Source: Bacilli bacterium (lineage in GTDB: Bacteria; Bacillota_I; Bacilli_A; RFN20; CAG-826). Taken from it: a stretch of DNA of 61,901 nt. Below the pieces are notes generated by a model. The model did not search any database, had not been told where the DNA came from, and was given only the letters and a program-made list of their open reading frames with translations. Within the stretch, counting starts at the first letter, position 1. Every line of letters begins with the position of its first letter. The stretch lies in the NCBI GenBank assembly GCA_024695405.1, contig JAILIF010000043.1:1-61901 (forward strand). The letters run 5' to 3'. Positions 38,859-47,415 of the stretch are shown piece by piece. The position numbers and the translations under genes were made by a program.

Positions 38859-41513
38859 TTAGTCGTTAATACCAATGAAAATTGCTTCTTCAGGTTCTGC
38901 ACTCTTATTTTGGACAGGGCCTTTTGATTTTGATTTTCTTGGTTTTACTGTGCCAATGTTTGCGAATTTCTTGAAGAAGAATTGGCTAACAGGGCCTAAT
39001 ACAAACATTGCTAATGTAAATGCTAAAGCAACTGCAATAATAATTTCTAATGAGATCCAACGCATAGCTCCAGGGCCAAAGCCTAGGAAGATAAGTCCGA
39101 GGAATAAACCGACAAGAGCGATATTTAAAATATCACCAAAGCCGTATGAAACTGCTTTCTTCATCAATTCATTTCTATTTTCGTATGAATTGTCGTGTTT
39201 CTTATCGTCTAATACTAATTCTCTTTCTTTATTCATAAAGAGAATTGCAAATAATACTGAGATGAATTCACCAACTGCAAGACCTACGACTGCGGTATTT
39301 GTTGCAGGGATGAAGTAAAGTAAGGATAAGAGACCGCCAACGATTGTTGCACCTGCTAAGACTGTAACAAAACTTCCGAGGCCTCTTGATAATCTATATC
39401 TTAATAAAAGATACAATGTTGTTGTTAATAATGCTGCACCAACAGCAATAGCAACCTTATAAAATACTGGGTTTGATTCTGTAGTAGATTCACCACTAGC
39501 ATATTCAATATTGATACAAGCTGATGAAATTCTTTCAGCGATAACGTTTGTAGAATTGTTATAAGAGAATAATTCTTCCATCTTATAGCCATTACCTTCG
39601 TAATAGACTGTTTCTGGGAGTTCACCAGTAATTTTTACGATATAGCCACCATAACTGTGTTGAACGAATGGATTTTCTTCTTCACTATCGTATTCTAAGA
39701 CATTGAAATCTAATAAAACTGGGCTGTCAGTTACAGCGCTTAAAGAGTCAGCTTCAGAACCATTTGAGAGTTTTACATCATTTAAAACTGATTCAAGATT
39801 GCTTGTAATAATTGAGAAATCAACTTCGTTTTCGTTATCAATTTTTACAAAGATTTCGTTTTCATAAGATTTTGCAGGATTGTTATAAACAGATCCTTTT
39901 ACAATGCCGAATACTAACATAGCTGCTAATGTTGCTACAAATCCAACACCAGCAAGAATTGATGCTAATTTTGGCTTTTTGTTGAAATCTTTATCAGCAT
40001 AAGGACCAAAATAAGATTGTTTTTCTTCATCGACAAGATTTGGAACCTTAGTTTCGTCTACTCCAAATAATTCATATTTATTTTGTGCAACGGATGCGTT
40101 GGTATCTAGCCACATAAATCCTTTAAATACTGTTAAGTTGAGGATTAAGCTAACAAGACCGCCTAAAACAACAACTAGTGAGAAACTTTCTAATCCAACG
40201 CCACCAATTAAGTAAGTAAATGCACCTAATACAAGTAATGCAAAGTGAATATCAGCAACAACTAGGCTGCTCTTTTTACTAGCTTCAGTATTTGCCTTCT
40301 TAACTGAACGTCCACGATATGCTTCATCTTTAAACTTGTTAAGGTAAATACAACCACTTGCGAGTGATGCTAAAGCAACAAGTGCTAAACCAACAACAGC
40401 TAATAAGTTAAATTCGCTCTTAAATATCATTAAGAATAAGAATCCTAAGAACGCGGATGCAAAAGATGTAACTGAGATACTTAAAGCACCTAATTTATAG
40501 AAAACAATTAATACTAATGAAATAAGAACAATTGCGCATGAGAATGCAACGAATGTAGAACTTTCGAAAACGGTTTGATTCTTGCCTAATGAATACAATG
40601 CTTCAACTTTTGGAGCAGCAACTTCTTCGTGGATGCATGTAACATCATAGCCGTATGCACCAGCGTTTAATAAGTTGACATAGAATTTACCATTTTTCCA
40701 AGCAGTTGGAACATTCTTTTCATCAACATTGCCTTCTGCGTCAGCAATATTTAATACTGTACTTAAAGCATAAACGTCACCATCTTTGTAATAATCAAAG
40801 ATTTTATCTTTATCGTTTTCTTCAGTACTTTCTGATTTAACTTGGAATTTTAATAATACTTTACTTTGGAAGTTTGAATCTTCGAATGAATCACGTTCTG
40901 GAACAAAGTCATAAACTAAATACATGTATTTAGCGTATTCAGCATCGCCAGCACCTTCTGAAGATTCAGCTTTAACTGTGATTTGTTCAGAGTTAATTGC
41001 GCCGATAGCAACTTCTTTATATTTTTCGTTTTCGATATCAACAGGAATGTTGATTGTTGGATAAATATCGTTAGTACCAGTTAAATAAGCTGGCTTATCG
41101 CTATTAACGAAAACTTCAGAACCAATAGAATGTGAGAGTTTTTCATTGTCGAATGAGTAGAGATATAAGCTACCATCGAAAGATAAATATTCTTTTAATT
41201 GTGAATAATCAGATTCATCAAAAAGTGTAACTTTAACTAAATCGTCACCGAATGGAGCAACATCAAAGCTTTGCATTTCAGCAGCTTTAAGACGATCTTC
41301 CATAATTTTAGCGACTTCTCCGACTGTTTTATCTGTGAATTCTTTTGGATTATTTTCACCATTATCTGTTTTTTCTGTAACATGGAATGTCAATGTTTTA
41401 CCACTAGCATAATCCATACCAACATTTAACTTGTTGGATATAGTAGCAAATGTTACAACCATCATAACAATTGATGTGATAGCAATAATAATGTGAGCCC
41501 AAATTCTGCGCAT
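38859..41513 (-). CDS. secDF: fused protein-export membrane protein SecDF
   Basis: N-terminal TM, large external domain, SecD-type TM bundle (...NKFKDEAYRGRS...), second external domain, then a SecF-type TM bundle. The ruvAB-secDF-recJ-relA order matches Bacillus. Confidence 0.75.
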   Translation of the reverse strand: MRRIWAHIIIAITSIVMMVVTFATISNKLNVGMDYASGKTLTFHVTEKTDNGENNPKEFTDKTVGEVAKIMEDRLKAAEMQSFDVAPFGDDLVKVTLFDESDYSQLKEYLSFDGSLYLYSFDNEKLSHSIGSEVFVNSDKPAYLTGTNDIYPTINIPVDIENEKYKEVAIGAINSEQITVKAESSEGAGDAEYAKYMYLVYDFVPERDSFEDSNFQSKVLLKFQVKSESTEENDKDKIFDYYKDGDVYALSTVLNIADAEGNVDEKNVPTAWKNGKFYVNLLNAGAYGYDVTCIHEEVAAPKVEALYSLGKNQTVFESSTFVAFSCAIVLISLVLIVFYKLGALSISVTSFASAFLGFLFLMIFKSEFNLLAVVGLALVALASLASGCIYLNKFKDEAYRGRSVKKANTEASKKSSLVVADIHFALLVLGAFTYLIGGVGLESFSLVVVLGGLVSLILNLTVFKGFMWLDTNASVAQNKYELFGVDETKVPNLVDEEKQSYFGPYADKDFNKKPKLASILAGVGFVATLAAMLVFGIVKGSVYNNPAKSYENEIFVKIDNENEVDFSIITSNLESVLNDVKLSNGSEADSLSAVTDSPVLLDFNVLEYDSEEENPFVQHSYGGYIVKITGELPETVYYEGNGYKMEELFSYNNSTNVIAERISSACINIEYASGESTTESNPVFYKVAIAVGAALLTTTLYLLLRYRLSRGLGSFVTVLAGATIVGGLLSLLYFIPATNTAVVGLAVGEFISVLFAILFMNKERELVLDDKKHDNSYENRNELMKKAVSYGFGDILNIALVGLFLGLIFLGFGPGAMRWISLEIIIAVALAFTLAMFVLGPVSQFFFKKFANIGTVKPRKSKSKGPVQNKSAEPEEAIFIGIND

Positions 41514-41607
41514 ATTTATGTACCTCCAGCGCGTGTGCGCTATTCATAGTCGCTTAATACTCTACTACATTTATTGAATAAATTCAATATAAGACATTTA
41601 ATTTTTA

Positions 41608-42576
41608 TTAATAATTATTAGACTTTAGATGTTCTATAGCTTTTTTAGTAGCTACTCTTCCTTTTAAAGTTTTATCAATCATTCCGAGTTTTAATAAATA
41701 AGGTTCGTAAACTTGTTCGATGTTTTCGGGTTCTTCCCCAATATAACTTGATAATGTATCAAGCCCTACAGGACCACAATTAAATCGATTGACTAAGGTA
41801 TCTAAATATTTAAGATCAACTGAGTCTAGACCAAGTTCATCAATACCGATATTTTCAAATGATTTTATGCAATTTTCATATGAAATTCTTCTTAATTTTT
41901 GATAATGTGCAAAGTCTCTAACACGTTTAAAAATTATGTTTGCGATACGAGGAGTTCCTCTACTTCTTTTTGCAATTTCAATGCATGATTTTTTATCAAT
42001 TGATAATCCGTAAACCGATGATGTTCTCTGAACAATTTTTGCTAATTCTTCTACTTTGTAGAAGTTTATCTTCTCAACAATACCAAATCTTGATCTTAAT
42101 GGAGAAGATAAACTGCCGATTTTTGTAGTTGCTCCAACAAGTGTAAATGGAGGCAAATCAATAGTGATTGTCTTGCTTGAATTATCTCTTGAAATAATAA
42201 TAGAAAGTTTGAAATCTTCCATTGCGGAATATAGAACTTCTTCTACTGAACGAGGAAGTCTATGGATTTCATCAATAAATAATATGTTGTTAGGTTCGAT
42301 TTCGGATAAAATGCCCGCTAAATCGCATGGTTTTTCAATACTTGGGCCACTGGTTAAAATCAGTTTTGATTCCATTTCATTTGCGATAATATTCGCTAAT
42401 GTTGTTTTTCCTAATCCTGGTGGTCCGTAAAACAAAACATGATCTAATGTTTCTTTCCTATGCTTTGCAGCACCTATATAAATCTTTAAATTATTTTTTA
42501 ATTTTTCTTGTCCAATATATTCATCCAACGATTTAGGCCTTAAGAATATATCATTATCTTTCTGGTAAGCATTCAT
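41608..42576 (-). CDS. ruvB: Holliday junction branch migration ATPase RuvB
   Basis: AAA+ motifs (FYGPPGLGKTTLA, ILFIDEIHRL, sensor GATT..G.LS.PLRSRFG) and a winged-helix C-terminus. Confidence 0.95.
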   Translation of the reverse strand: MNAYQKDNDIFLRPKSLDEYIGQEKLKNNLKIYIGAAKHRKETLDHVLFYGPPGLGKTTLANIIANEMESKLILTSGPSIEKPCDLAGILSEIEPNNILFIDEIHRLPRSVEEVLYSAMEDFKLSIIISRDNSSKTITIDLPPFTLVGATTKIGSLSSPLRSRFGIVEKINFYKVEELAKIVQRTSSVYGLSIDKKSCIEIAKRSRGTPRIANIIFKRVRDFAHYQKLRRISYENCIKSFENIGIDELGLDSVDLKYLDTLVNRFNCGPVGLDTLSSYIGEEPENIEQVYEPYLLKLGMIDKTLKGRVATKKAIEHLKSNNY

Positions 42577-43130
42577 AATTTTCTTACCTCTTTAATTGCT
42601 AATTTAAGCAATTCTTCTTTGTCTATTCCTTCTTTATAGACATTTCTTAATGCAGTATCGACATTTAATGATTTAAATCCTAATGTAATTAATGCTTTTC
42701 TTACATCTGAATAAGAATCTTCTTCTTCACTTTCTGATGACACAAAATAACCCTTAAGTTCTAAGATAATTTGCCTTGCGGTTTTATATCCTACCAAAGG
42801 TAATGACTTTAAATATTTAATATCTTCATGATTAATTGCAGATATGATGTCTTGTGGAGAGCCAACAGAAAACATTGCAAGCGCAGTTTTTGCACCTATA
42901 CCCTGTATTTTTATCAAAGTTAAGAATAAATTCTTTTCTTCGGCTGATGGAAAACCAACAAGATAAGATTCATCTTGCTTTTGTACATCATATGTAAGAA
43001 GCTTTATTGTTGAGCCTATTTCATAAGAAGAGGCTCTTGCTACATAGACTTTATAGCCTATATCATTAACGTCAATTACTACAGTTTCTTTTGTGGCAGA
43101 ATCAATTCTGCCTTTAAGAAAACTGATCAT
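42573..43130 (-). CDS. ruvA: Holliday junction DNA-binding protein RuvA
   Basis: MISFLKGRI... OB domain and HhH motifs (IQGIGAKTA, LPLVGYKTA). ATGA overlap with ruvB. Confidence 0.9.
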   Translation of the reverse strand: MISFLKGRIDSATKETVVIDVNDIGYKVYVARASSYEIGSTIKLLTYDVQKQDESYLVGFPSAEEKNLFLTLIKIQGIGAKTALAMFSVGSPQDIISAINHEDIKYLKSLPLVGYKTARQIILELKGYFVSSESEEEDSYSDVRKALITLGFKSLNVDTALRNVYKEGIDKEELLKLAIKEVRKL

Positions 43131-43138
43131 AATTCCTC

Positions 43139-43231
43139 CTATTTATTGACTAAAATAAACAAAACTATCAATCCGATAGTTATTAAACCAGTTATTAATC
43201 CTATAATGACATTAGTATGTTTTTTGTTCAT
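43139..43231 (-). CDS. candidate 30-aa single-TM peptide
   Basis: Hand translation gives MNKKHTNVIIGLITGLITIGLIVLFILVNK*. The ATG is 2 nt after the nadE stop, and its stop overlaps the ruvA SD (AATAAATAGGAGGAATT-ATG). It therefore fills the nadE-ruvA gap exactly. No SD of its own. Confidence 0.3.
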   Translation of the reverse strand: MNKKHTNVIIGLITGLITIGLIVLFILVNK

Positions 43232-43233
43232 TT

Positions 43234-43974
43234 CTAGTCTCTAATAAATTCTTTTGGAGTGGGAATTGGATTTCTTTTATGTTCACTAACTAAATGTAGT
43301 CTTTCAATCTTTGCTTTTATAGCATCGTCAACAGGTTTACCTAGTAGGTAATTATCTAAATCTTTATAAGTAACACCCATTTCTTTTTCATCTGTTTGTC
43401 CTTCAAATAAGCCTGCAGTAGGTACTCTTTCTGCTAATTTATTCGGAACACCAAGCATTTTACATGCTTCTACTACTTCGCCTTTTAAAAGATGGACGAT
43501 AGGCAAAATATCTACACCGCCATCACCATATTTTGTGAAGTAACCTGTATATTCTTCATCAGCATTATCTGTGCCTGTGACTATATAAGAATGTTTTTGG
43601 GCATATGCATAAAGCATAGACATTCTCATTCTTGCTTTTAAATTCCCTGCAGTTGAGATATCAAGTTCTCCGCTTGCAGTTTCTATTTCTTTTCTAAATA
43701 CCTTATATGCTTCAGTAGCGTCTATTACTTTATAAGGAATATCTATTGCTTTACAAAGTTCAATCCCATCATTTAAATCAGCGATATTAGAATCTATAGG
43801 CATCAAGATACCCATCATACTTTCTTTTCCAACTGCTTTTTTAACTAAAGTTGCCACTAAAGAGGAGTCGACGCCGCCAGAAATACCCACAACGTATCCT
43901 TTTAAAAATGGATGTTTTTCTTTGTAATCTTTTAAGAAATCTACGACTACATCAATATATTCTTTGAGTGTCAT
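43234..43974 (-). CDS. nadE: NH3-dependent NAD+ synthetase
   Basis: PP-loop GISGGVDSS. The length and motifs (TGTDNADE, GDGG.DI.P) are typical of ammonia-dependent NadE. Confidence 0.9.
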   Translation of the reverse strand: MTLKEYIDVVVDFLKDYKEKHPFLKGYVVGISGGVDSSLVATLVKKAVGKESMMGILMPIDSNIADLNDGIELCKAIDIPYKVIDATEAYKVFRKEIETASGELDISTAGNLKARMRMSMLYAYAQKHSYIVTGTDNADEEYTGYFTKYGDGGVDILPIVHLLKGEVVEACKMLGVPNKLAERVPTAGLFEGQTDEKEMGVTYKDLDNYLLGKPVDDAIKAKIERLHLVSEHKRNPIPTPKEFIRD

Positions 43975-43979
43975 AAAAA

Positions 43980-45266
43980 TTACCTCACGTATTCAAATGA
44001 GAAATCATCAAGAATAACTGTGTCGCCATCCTCGGCGCCAAGTTCTTCTAATTTATCATCAATTCTAAGTTTTCTAATCTTACTCATTAAGACCATCATA
44101 CCTTCATCAGTAGAGATATTAGTCATCTTGTAGAATTTAATCATTTTATCTCCTAAAATCTCCCAAGTATGAGCATCGAGTCTTTTAATATAGAAATATT
44201 GTTCTTCGTCTTCAAGAGTGTATGTCTTATGATCGAGTAACTCTTCTTCATCTTCGCTATAAAGTGGGAATAATGGAGTTTTCTCAATTAAATCTGCACA
44301 TTTATAAATTAATAAATCTATATTATCTTCACTGATTGCGGAGATAGGAATAATCTCTTGATCTACTTTCTTCTTGAATTCTTCTAAACGTTCTTTAGCG
44401 CCTTCTTCGTCCATCTTGGATGCAACTAAAATGCTAGGACGTTTGTTTAAACCGAATCCATAACAATCTAATTCGTTAAGGATTGCTTTATAGTCTTCAT
44501 AAGGATCACGTCCAGTTTCAGACATATCAATGACATGAACTATGACTCTACATCTCTCGATGTGTCTTAAGAAAGTAAGGCCTAAACCTTTGCCTAAATG
44601 AGCTCCTTCTATAAGGCCTGGAAGATCTGCCATAACAAAACTACGTCCATCTTTAGCAGAAACTAGACCTAAGTTAGGAACAATTGTCGTGAAAGGATAA
44701 TCTGCAATTTCTGGTTTTGCAGCACTGACTACAGATAAAAGAGTAGATTTTCCTACACTAGGGAAACCGACTAATCCAACATCAGCGAGCATCTTTAATT
44801 CAAGAATTAATCTTTTTCTAATTCCCGGTTCACCGTTTTCTGCAATTTTAGGAACTCTATTGATAGAACTTTTAAAACAAGTATTTCCTCTACCTCCACG
44901 TCCACCTTTTGCAACAACAATGGTTTTACCATCTTCAACTAAATCACCTAAGAAAGCATGATCTTTTTCTTCGAAAATTACAGTACCTAATGGGACATCA
45001 ACTATAACATCCGGACTTGCGTGTCCGTATTGATTTTTAATTCCACCATTTTCACCATCTTTTGCGATGAATGCTTTACTATGACGGAAATTAAATAATG
45101 TATTAATGTGAGAATTCGCTCTAAAAATAACAGAGCCACCACGTCCGCCGTTACCTCCGGCAGGGCCACCTTTTGCTACATATTTTTCACGTCTAAAAGC
45201 TATGGCGCCATCGCCACCTTTTCCACTTCTAACTTCAATAACTGCACGATCAATAAAAGTAGGCAT
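43980..45266 (-). CDS. obg: GTPase Obg/CgtA
   Basis: Starts MPTFIDRAVIEV (canonical Obg N-terminus). Gly-rich Obg fold (GGNGGRGGSV), G1 GFPSVGKST, G3 DLPGLIEGA, and a C-terminal OCT domain. Start trimmed from 45314 to 45266 because the extension overlaps the rpmA terminator. Confidence 0.95.
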   Translation of the reverse strand: MPTFIDRAVIEVRSGKGGDGAIAFRREKYVAKGGPAGGNGGRGGSVIFRANSHINTLFNFRHSKAFIAKDGENGGIKNQYGHASPDVIVDVPLGTVIFEEKDHAFLGDLVEDGKTIVVAKGGRGGRGNTCFKSSINRVPKIAENGEPGIRKRLILELKMLADVGLVGFPSVGKSTLLSVVSAAKPEIADYPFTTIVPNLGLVSAKDGRSFVMADLPGLIEGAHLGKGLGLTFLRHIERCRVIVHVIDMSETGRDPYEDYKAILNELDCYGFGLNKRPSILVASKMDEEGAKERLEEFKKKVDQEIIPISAISEDNIDLLIYKCADLIEKTPLFPLYSEDEEELLDHKTYTLEDEEQYFYIKRLDAHTWEILGDKMIKFYKMTNISTDEGMMVLMSKIRKLRIDDKLEELGAEDGDTVILDDFSFEYVR

Positions 45267-45294
45267 AAATTCTCCGGTGATTATTTTACTATAA

Positions 45295-45331
45295 AGAAAA
45301 ATAAAAGACCACAAAATTGAATGTGGTCTTT
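45295..45331 (-). terminator. rho-independent terminator (possibly partial) after rpmA
   Basis: On the - strand: AAAGACCACA-TTCAATTT-TGTGGTCTTT followed by TATTTTT. It lies 20 nt after the rpmA stop and about 30 nt before the obg ATG. Confidence 0.55.
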
Positions 45332-45351
45332 ATTATCTTATTTGTTAAGAC

Positions 45352-45633
45352 TTATTTTGTGATAACAGTAACAACTGTTTTATCTTTGCCTTCACGAGTA
45401 TATTTAACAATACCGCTAACTAAAGCGAAAATAGTATCATCTTTTCCTTTTTTAGTATTAGCACCTGGATAGATTCTAGTACCTCTTTGACGATAGATGA
45501 TGCTACCTGAATGGCACCATTGACCATCAGCAACTTTAGCACCTAATCTACGACCAGCAGAATCACGGCCGTTCTTTGTGGAACCAACACCCTTTTTAGA
45601 AGCAAAGAATTGTAAATTTAATTTAAAATTCAT
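45352..45633 (-). CDS. rpmA: 50S ribosomal protein L27 (with cleavable N-terminal extension)
   Basis: [25 protein letters not shown]...: the Firmicutes-type propeptide before the conserved SKKG core. Confidence 0.95.
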   Translation of the reverse strand: MNFKLNLQFFASKKGVGSTKNGRDSAGRRLGAKVADGQWCHSGSIIYRQRGTRIYPGANTKKGKDDTIFALVSGIVKYTREGKDKTVVTVITK

Positions 45634-45634
45634 A

Positions 45635-45964
45635 TTAATTGTTTCCTTTCATTTCTTGTTCATCGATGTGAACATTTTTAGGATATTCGTTTTCTATTTT
45701 TTTAAGTGAAGTGATTATTGTTTCGAGAACTACTTTATCGTGTTCTGAATTTTTACCATTACTTTCAATATAGAAGTATCCTTTTTCTTCATCTATTTCA
45801 TATTTATAATTCTCTTCACAATTGATATTTGCTAAACCGCCAAATACTACTGCGCTTACTGCTGAACAAACAATATCTTGTCCATAAGCAGCTGCATTTG
45901 CATGACCTTTAACTTCAATTGATTTGAATTCGTTTTTTATGTAATAGATTTTGATTTTAATCAT
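45635..45964 (-). CDS. prp: ribosomal-processing cysteine protease Prp (YsxB family)
   Basis: About 109 aa between rplU and rpmA. Conserved GHA...G.DIVC(S)AVS motif (His/Cys dyad). Confidence 0.85.
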   Translation of the reverse strand: MIKIKIYYIKNEFKSIEVKGHANAAAYGQDIVCSAVSAVVFGGLANINCEENYKYEIDEEKGYFYIESNGKNSEHDKVVLETIITSLKKIENEYPKNVHIDEQEMKGNN

Positions 45965-45968
45965 CTGA

Positions 45969-46277
45969 TTAACCGTTAATAGCTTCGATAACTAAGCAAG
46001 TGTATGGTTGACGATGACCGATAGTTTTATGTTCGTTAGCCTTTGCTTTGTATTTGAAGACGCGGATTTTCTTTTCTTTACCTTGTTTTTCAACTTTTGC
46101 TGTAACAGTAGCACCTTTAACATAAGGTTTACCAACTTTAGCAGCAGAACCACCGACAAATAAAACTTTGTCTAATGTAACAGTTGAACCAACTTCAGCT
46201 TCTATTTTTTCAACGTAGATTTTTTCGCCTACTTCAACACGAAGTTGTTTTCCGCCTGTTTCAATAATTGCGTACAT
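45969..46277 (-). CDS. rplU: 50S ribosomal protein L21
   Basis: [17 protein letters not shown]... canonical L21. SD GAAGGAGG. Confidence 0.95.
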   Translation of the reverse strand: MYAIIETGGKQLRVEVGEKIYVEKIEAEVGSTVTLDKVLFVGGSAAKVGKPYVKGATVTAKVEKQGKEKKIRVFKYKAKANEHKTIGHRQPYTCLVIEAING

Positions 46278-46408
46278 AATTAGCCTCCTTCTTTCTTCAC
46301 TAAGTACTCGCTATGAAGGTAGATAAATCTTTAGAAACCTTTTCTATGCGGTTGTAGCTAGTGAGGCAACAACGCTAGTAATATATCATAGATAATATTA
46401 TCGTGCAA
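46278..46408 (-). promoter_or_regulatory. rplU promoter and structured 5' leader (possible L21 leader)
   Basis: On the - strand: TTGCAC (46408-46403), 17 nt, then TATATT (46385-46380). A leader of about 95 nt follows, with two stem-loops (GCGUUGU...ACAACCGC; CUUCA...UGAAG) ending at the SD. Firmicutes rplU operons carry an L21 leader RNA, but I could not verify the consensus by eye. Confidence 0.35.
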
Positions 46409-46410
46409 AC

Positions 46411-47094
46411 TTATTTTTTCATTTTATTCATGAACGAATAATAGCCACTCGCTCCAATGATTAAGTGATCAATGATTTTTAAACCAAATTTTTTAGAAAT
46501 TCTTCTTAATTCTTCTGTGAAAATTTCATCTTCTTCACTAGGCTTTATTGTGTTATTCGGGTGATTGTGAATTACATAAAAATAGAAACCTTTTGAAAGC
46601 AAAACTTTTTGACATATCTCCTTTGGAGATAGACTAATGCCTAATTCAGTGCCTTTATACAACGTGGTTTCATAGATAATTTTCTTGTTTCGGTTCAAGA
46701 CCACTAAGACCAAAATCTCTTTATCCAATCCCACCATTTTTAAATAATAACGCTGATATAAAAGCTCTGAATTAATTTCGGCATTTTGTTCTAAAAGAAT
46801 GTGCTGACGATTATCAAATCTTTTTGCAATTTCAAATGAAGCACACAGTTTTAGAGCTTTAACTTTTGAAATTCCTTTGAACTGTAAAAAATATTGATAA
46901 GGACTACTTGCTAAATTAAACATAGTTAAAGAATCCGCAAGAAGACTATTAGCAAGCTGCAATACGTTATTATTCTTGCTTCCCACTCCAATAAGTATCG
47001 CTAACAGTTCGGCATCACTTAAATTATTTATGCCGAATCTTAATGCCTTTTCTCTAGGCTGATCAATATTAGGAATTTCATTCATTTTTGGCAT
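46411..47094 (-). CDS. radC: RadC-family JAB/MPN domain protein
   Basis: N-terminal HhH region (LSDAELLAILIGVGS) and a C-terminal JAMM-like motif (HNHPNN..PSEED). Confidence 0.85.
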   Translation of the reverse strand: MPKMNEIPNIDQPREKALRFGINNLSDAELLAILIGVGSKNNNVLQLANSLLADSLTMFNLASSPYQYFLQFKGISKVKALKLCASFEIAKRFDNRQHILLEQNAEINSELLYQRYYLKMVGLDKEILVLVVLNRNKKIIYETTLYKGTELGISLSPKEICQKVLLSKGFYFYVIHNHPNNTIKPSEEDEIFTEELRRISKKFGLKIIDHLIIGASGYYSFMNKMKK

Positions 47095-47097
47095 AGT

Positions 47098-47280
47098 TTA
47101 TTTCCAATCAAATTTCCATCCGCCTGGAACAGCTACTGTACCTTTTCCAGCACGGAATAGACGATAGATAACTACTGCCATAAGTGCAGCTACAATAATT
47201 GCCATAACTGCTGTTACGGTAATTACTTCGCCTGGCTGAATGCTTTTACATTCTTTTAGAGTTAGTTCTCTATATTTCAT
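47098..47280 (-). CDS. hypothetical 60-aa single-TM membrane protein
   Basis: Strong SD (GTAAGGAGGTTTTTGT-ATG). One TM (VITVTAVMAIIVAALMAVVIY) and a basic/aromatic C-terminus GGWKFDWK. Only 3 nt upstream of radC. Confidence 0.55.
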   Translation of the reverse strand: MKYRELTLKECKSIQPGEVITVTAVMAIIVAALMAVVIYRLFRAGKGTVAVPGGWKFDWK

Positions 47281-47372
47281 ACAAAAACCTCCTTACTTAT
47301 TTAGAGGGGGTATTTTTTAGAAATTTGACGAAAAAAGTGCAAAAAATTTTTATAAACTATGTTTATCTTTTC

Positions 47373-47403
47373 AAATAAAAACCTCTCTTTTGATTAGAGA
47401 GGC
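47373..47403 (-). terminator. rho-independent terminator after valS
   Basis: On the - strand: CCTCTCT-AATCAAA-AGAGAGG followed by TTTTTATTT. Confidence 0.65.
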
Positions 47404-47415
47404 ATTATTTTGAAA

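Noticed and set aside
45267-45314. 16-codon N-terminal extension of the tracked obg ORF (MWSFIFLYSKIITGEF).
   Set aside because: It overlaps the rpmA terminator hairpin. Obg proteins start MPxFIDxA, which is the internal ATG at 45266, preceded by GGAGAA.
47098-47280. Class II bacteriocin or pheromone precursor with a double-glycine leader.
   Set aside because: The cleavage site would be Pro-Gly, not Gly-Gly. No peptidase-domain ABC transporter, immunity or two-component genes are nearby. The hydrophobic stretch looks like an ordinary TM anchor.
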